Source: Geosiphon pyriformis uo1 (taxonomy: Eukaryota; Fungi; Glomeromycota). From it: 64,000 nt of DNA. A model generated the notes under the pieces. The model saw only the letters and a program-made list of their open reading frames with translations. It was not told where the DNA came from and did no database searches. The position numbers were made by a program, and so were the translations under genes. This document shows positions 61,317 to 64,000 of the stretch, piece by piece (the first letter of the stretch is position 1; each line of letters starts with the position of its first letter). The stretch covers positions 620,001-684,000 of the forward strand of contig JAAOMT010000303.1 of NCBI GenBank assembly GCA_016748015.1, given 5' to 3'.

Positions 61317-64000
61317 AATGTTATAAGTAAACTTGGTAGTATATGGTAATAATGTTTGGTGCTCAAGATTTTGAGTTTTTAGAGAGTTTTTAATAGTTTT
61401 CTTTTGGTAGGCTTGTTTGTTGTGTTAATGTTATCAGTTTCTAAAGATCTGTTTAATTGTTATAAATTTATCTATGAAGTTTTTTGGTTATAAGGCACAG
61501 AGAAATGTTTTATAGTATTACAATTTCTTGTATGTAAATATGAGCCATCTTTTCTAAGCTAACAAGCACAGTTATTAGGGTTTGGTGGTATTTTTTTGCT
61601 CTTCTGATAAGCTACCAAGATAATATTAATATTTAAACTTAAAGAAAGCTTTCCTCTTTTACTAAGCTATCACAAAGTCAATTTTTAAACAATCAATTTT
61701 TTTATGTTACCACTTTACAAGAAAGAATAAAAGAAAAGAAAATAAAATAAAATAAAATAAAATAAAAATAAAAGAAAATAAAAAAAGATAAATTAATATT
61801 ATCAATTGCCATAATTAAGAGCAATTGGTTTAGATCATTAAGGATTTAAGATATTTATGCTAAGAACATCTGTTCTGAAATAAAAGTATGAAACAAGAAT
61901 TAGTTTAATTTAAGCATAGGATGATTGGTAACCATATATCAATAATTTCAAGTTTTTCAAATAAGTTTTTTATTTTTATACAATGTAATAATTATAAAAA
62001 AGAGAAAAATTGATTTTTTTTTGGCTGTTTTTCTAACTTTTATAACTACTTATTTTTATACATTCTTTTTGGTTCTACAGAATTGGTTTTTTAATTGTTT
62101 TATTCTTGCTAGCTATTGCTTTGCTATTTCTGTTATTGTTTTATTTTTCTATATTATTACTAGTTATCTTATGTTTCAATTAGTTATTTTGTGCTATAAT
62201 ATATTATTGAGTTTTGTATTATGTTATTCTGAGTTATTATGTGTTATTCTGTGTTCTTTTGCATTATTCTGTATTATTTCATGTTATCACATTTTTGGTT
62301 ATGTTTTCTTTATAACTTTAGATTGGTTTTTCTATTCAAATAATATTATCTTATTGCCTTTGGTAACAAATCTTGGATTTAAGTGGTTTCACTTACTGTC
62401 TTTTCTAATGATTCTTATTTTGGTTTAAGTTTTGGTTTTGGTTCCTCTTCTTTTTTTGATGCATCATACTTTAAAAAAAGTATTTTAGTTATTCAAAATA
62501 ATTTGTTTATTGCTGCTCATCTGGCCACTTTAGAATGTTCTTTGAAGTTATTTGCTAACCAAGTGTTGAGTATTGTTAAAAAGTTAAATATTGTTGATCT
62601 AATACTATAAGTGTTTGTCTCTCAACTTTTTTCTTATATTGTATCTGTACTTTTGGTTTTAGATTTAAAATTAAATATGGTTTTGAATGTTTTACAAGTG
62701 CTTTTTGCAATTCTTTCCTCAGTTATAATTGATACAATTTTGATTTTAGATGTGAGTAGTTTAAAAGTCTTGACCACTAAAGTAGATAGTTTAAAGTCAA
62801 AGTTGTTGGCTCTGGATGCTTTTGTGTATTTAGTTTTGGTAAAATTAGATCAGTTGTGTACTAGTTCAAATTTGTCAATGCTTCTTTTTTCTTAATAAGT
62901 AATTTCATTTGAAAAATTGCTATGTGTAATGTCTAAGAGATGAACAATTTGGCTAAACAGAAAGACATAATTAGATAACACAGTAAGTTTGGCAATTGGA
63001 TCTTTTTTTTTACCAAAACTAAGCTAAAAAGTTAGATTAAGTTTTGGATTAAAGATAAGTTTTAAGATGTGAAAGTTTTTGTTTTTGGTTTGAATACTGG
63101 ATACATGAGTATTGGAATGGCAATTTTAATAAATGATTCCTTGGTTTAGCATATGTATAAAGTCTTTAAGATTTCAGATTATCTTATTTCATTATGTTTG
63201 CTGTTTGGCAATAAATATTTTATAACACTAATAGATTTGTATACAAGTGTTTTGCCTAATATGTGATTTGATCAGGCCAATAAAATAAACTTTTTTATTG
63301 TTAAAGAGATTAATTTAAGCTTTTATGTTGTTTTGGATGGTAATTTCAATAAAAACAGAAAAAAATACAATGCAAGTTTCAAAAAATGTTTTGATTTGAG
63401 TTTATGCAATTTTTTTCAAATAGAATGGCTTTCAAGCTTTCAATATAATCCAATTTATAGAATGTAAAGAAAACTATTAACTACATTCTTATCAGTAAAC
63501 ATATCTTGTTTTCTGTAATGATTCAGAGTATTGATAGTGTGTTTAAGTTTTTTAATACTAATTACAAGACTGTTATAATATTTTTTGGTCTAAACAGTCT
63601 ATTAAACAAATATCTGCTTATAATTTATATACAAGTTAATAAGGACTATTGGAAGTTTAGGATTAAAGATATAAATAATGCTAAATAGGTTAGTTTTTAA
63701 GAGTGTGTCTTTATCAGTCTGTTAAAAGTTATGAATAGTTTTAATTGTGCTAGTAATTTTGGCAATTTAGACACTATATAGAATGTTTTAAAAGGGATAA
63801 TAATAAGTATGGCAAATAAAATTTTTTTTAAACACTAGTACAATGAGTTTAAGTATATAAAAAATAGTTAATTATCAAAATTTTATAATTTGGAGTTACT
63901 AGTTTTAAAAATTGTAAAGAAAGTATGTGCAAATTATAAATTTGAATATAATTATTTTATCAGAATATGGTCTATTCTTGATGATAAAAAAGCTTTCAAA

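Larger units (their letters stand above)
52344..62345 (-). mobile_element. Gypsy family G full-length element, 10.0 kb (LTRs 52344-53319 and 61319-62345)
   Basis: About 1-kb direct repeats. TSD TTAT (52340-52343, 62346-62349) with LINE ORF1 contiguous across it. PBS at 61298-61316; A-rich decayed PPT at ~53320-53335. Confidence 0.92.
50890..64000 (+). mobile_element. LINE-c: ORF1 (~51007-52343 + 62350-62897, split by Gypsy G) and the start of ORF2 (APE, ~62895 to beyond the window end)
   Basis: ORF1 is homologous to LINE-a (IWQKAIVKF, GGKTCII, KCKKFGHFALEC, LKVLTTKVDSLKSK). ORF2 begins ..KIAMCNV.. with DGNFN at ~63336. The 5' boundary is approximate. Confidence 0.85.

Noticed and set aside
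62021-62428. Hydrophobic 135-aa ORF resembling a membrane protein or Env
   Set aside because: It comes from T-rich low-complexity LTR sequence, crosses the LTR/LINE junction, and is not open in the sister LTR.
1-64000. Alternative genetic code or an organelle/endosymbiont origin to explain the many in-frame stops
   Set aside because: Stops are of all three types, differ between copies, arise from TGG/CAA/CAG/CGA by transition, and occur alongside frameshifts. This is mutational decay.

Overview
This is very AT-rich, almost CpG-free eukaryotic repeat DNA. I recognise no host gene, RNA gene or CRISPR array. The style of the element proteins suggests an early-diverging fungus (Glomeromycotina/Geosiphon-like), which is recall-based inference. 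(1) 1-39428 is a nest of one Ty3/Gypsy family (family A, ~7.7 kb: LTR-PBS-gag-[-1 frameshift]-PR-RT-RH-IN-ORF3-PPT-LTR). It holds four full-length copies (B, C, D on the minus strand, F on the plus strand), fragments A, A' and E, and partial LTRs. They are inserted into one another with 4-bp TSDs and rearranged head-to-head. (2) 39429-40750 is an extreme AT tract. (3) 40758-64000 holds three same-orientation non-LTR elements: a full APE-RT-RNaseH LINE containing a solo LTR of a third family, a 2.2-kb ORF1-only polyadenylated element, and a LINE whose ORF1 is split by a 10-kb dUTPase-carrying Gypsy element (family G). All coding sequences are pseudogenised by C>T/G>A transitions. The most interesting signals are: a non-Env third ORF shared by both Gypsy families and running through the PPT into the LTR; a split complement of the elongator tRNA-Met anticodon arm in the family A LTR, matching the inferred primer; a frame-independent 18-nt motif beside the PPT in both families; and the ORF1-only LINE partner. 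All coordinates and alignments were read by eye.
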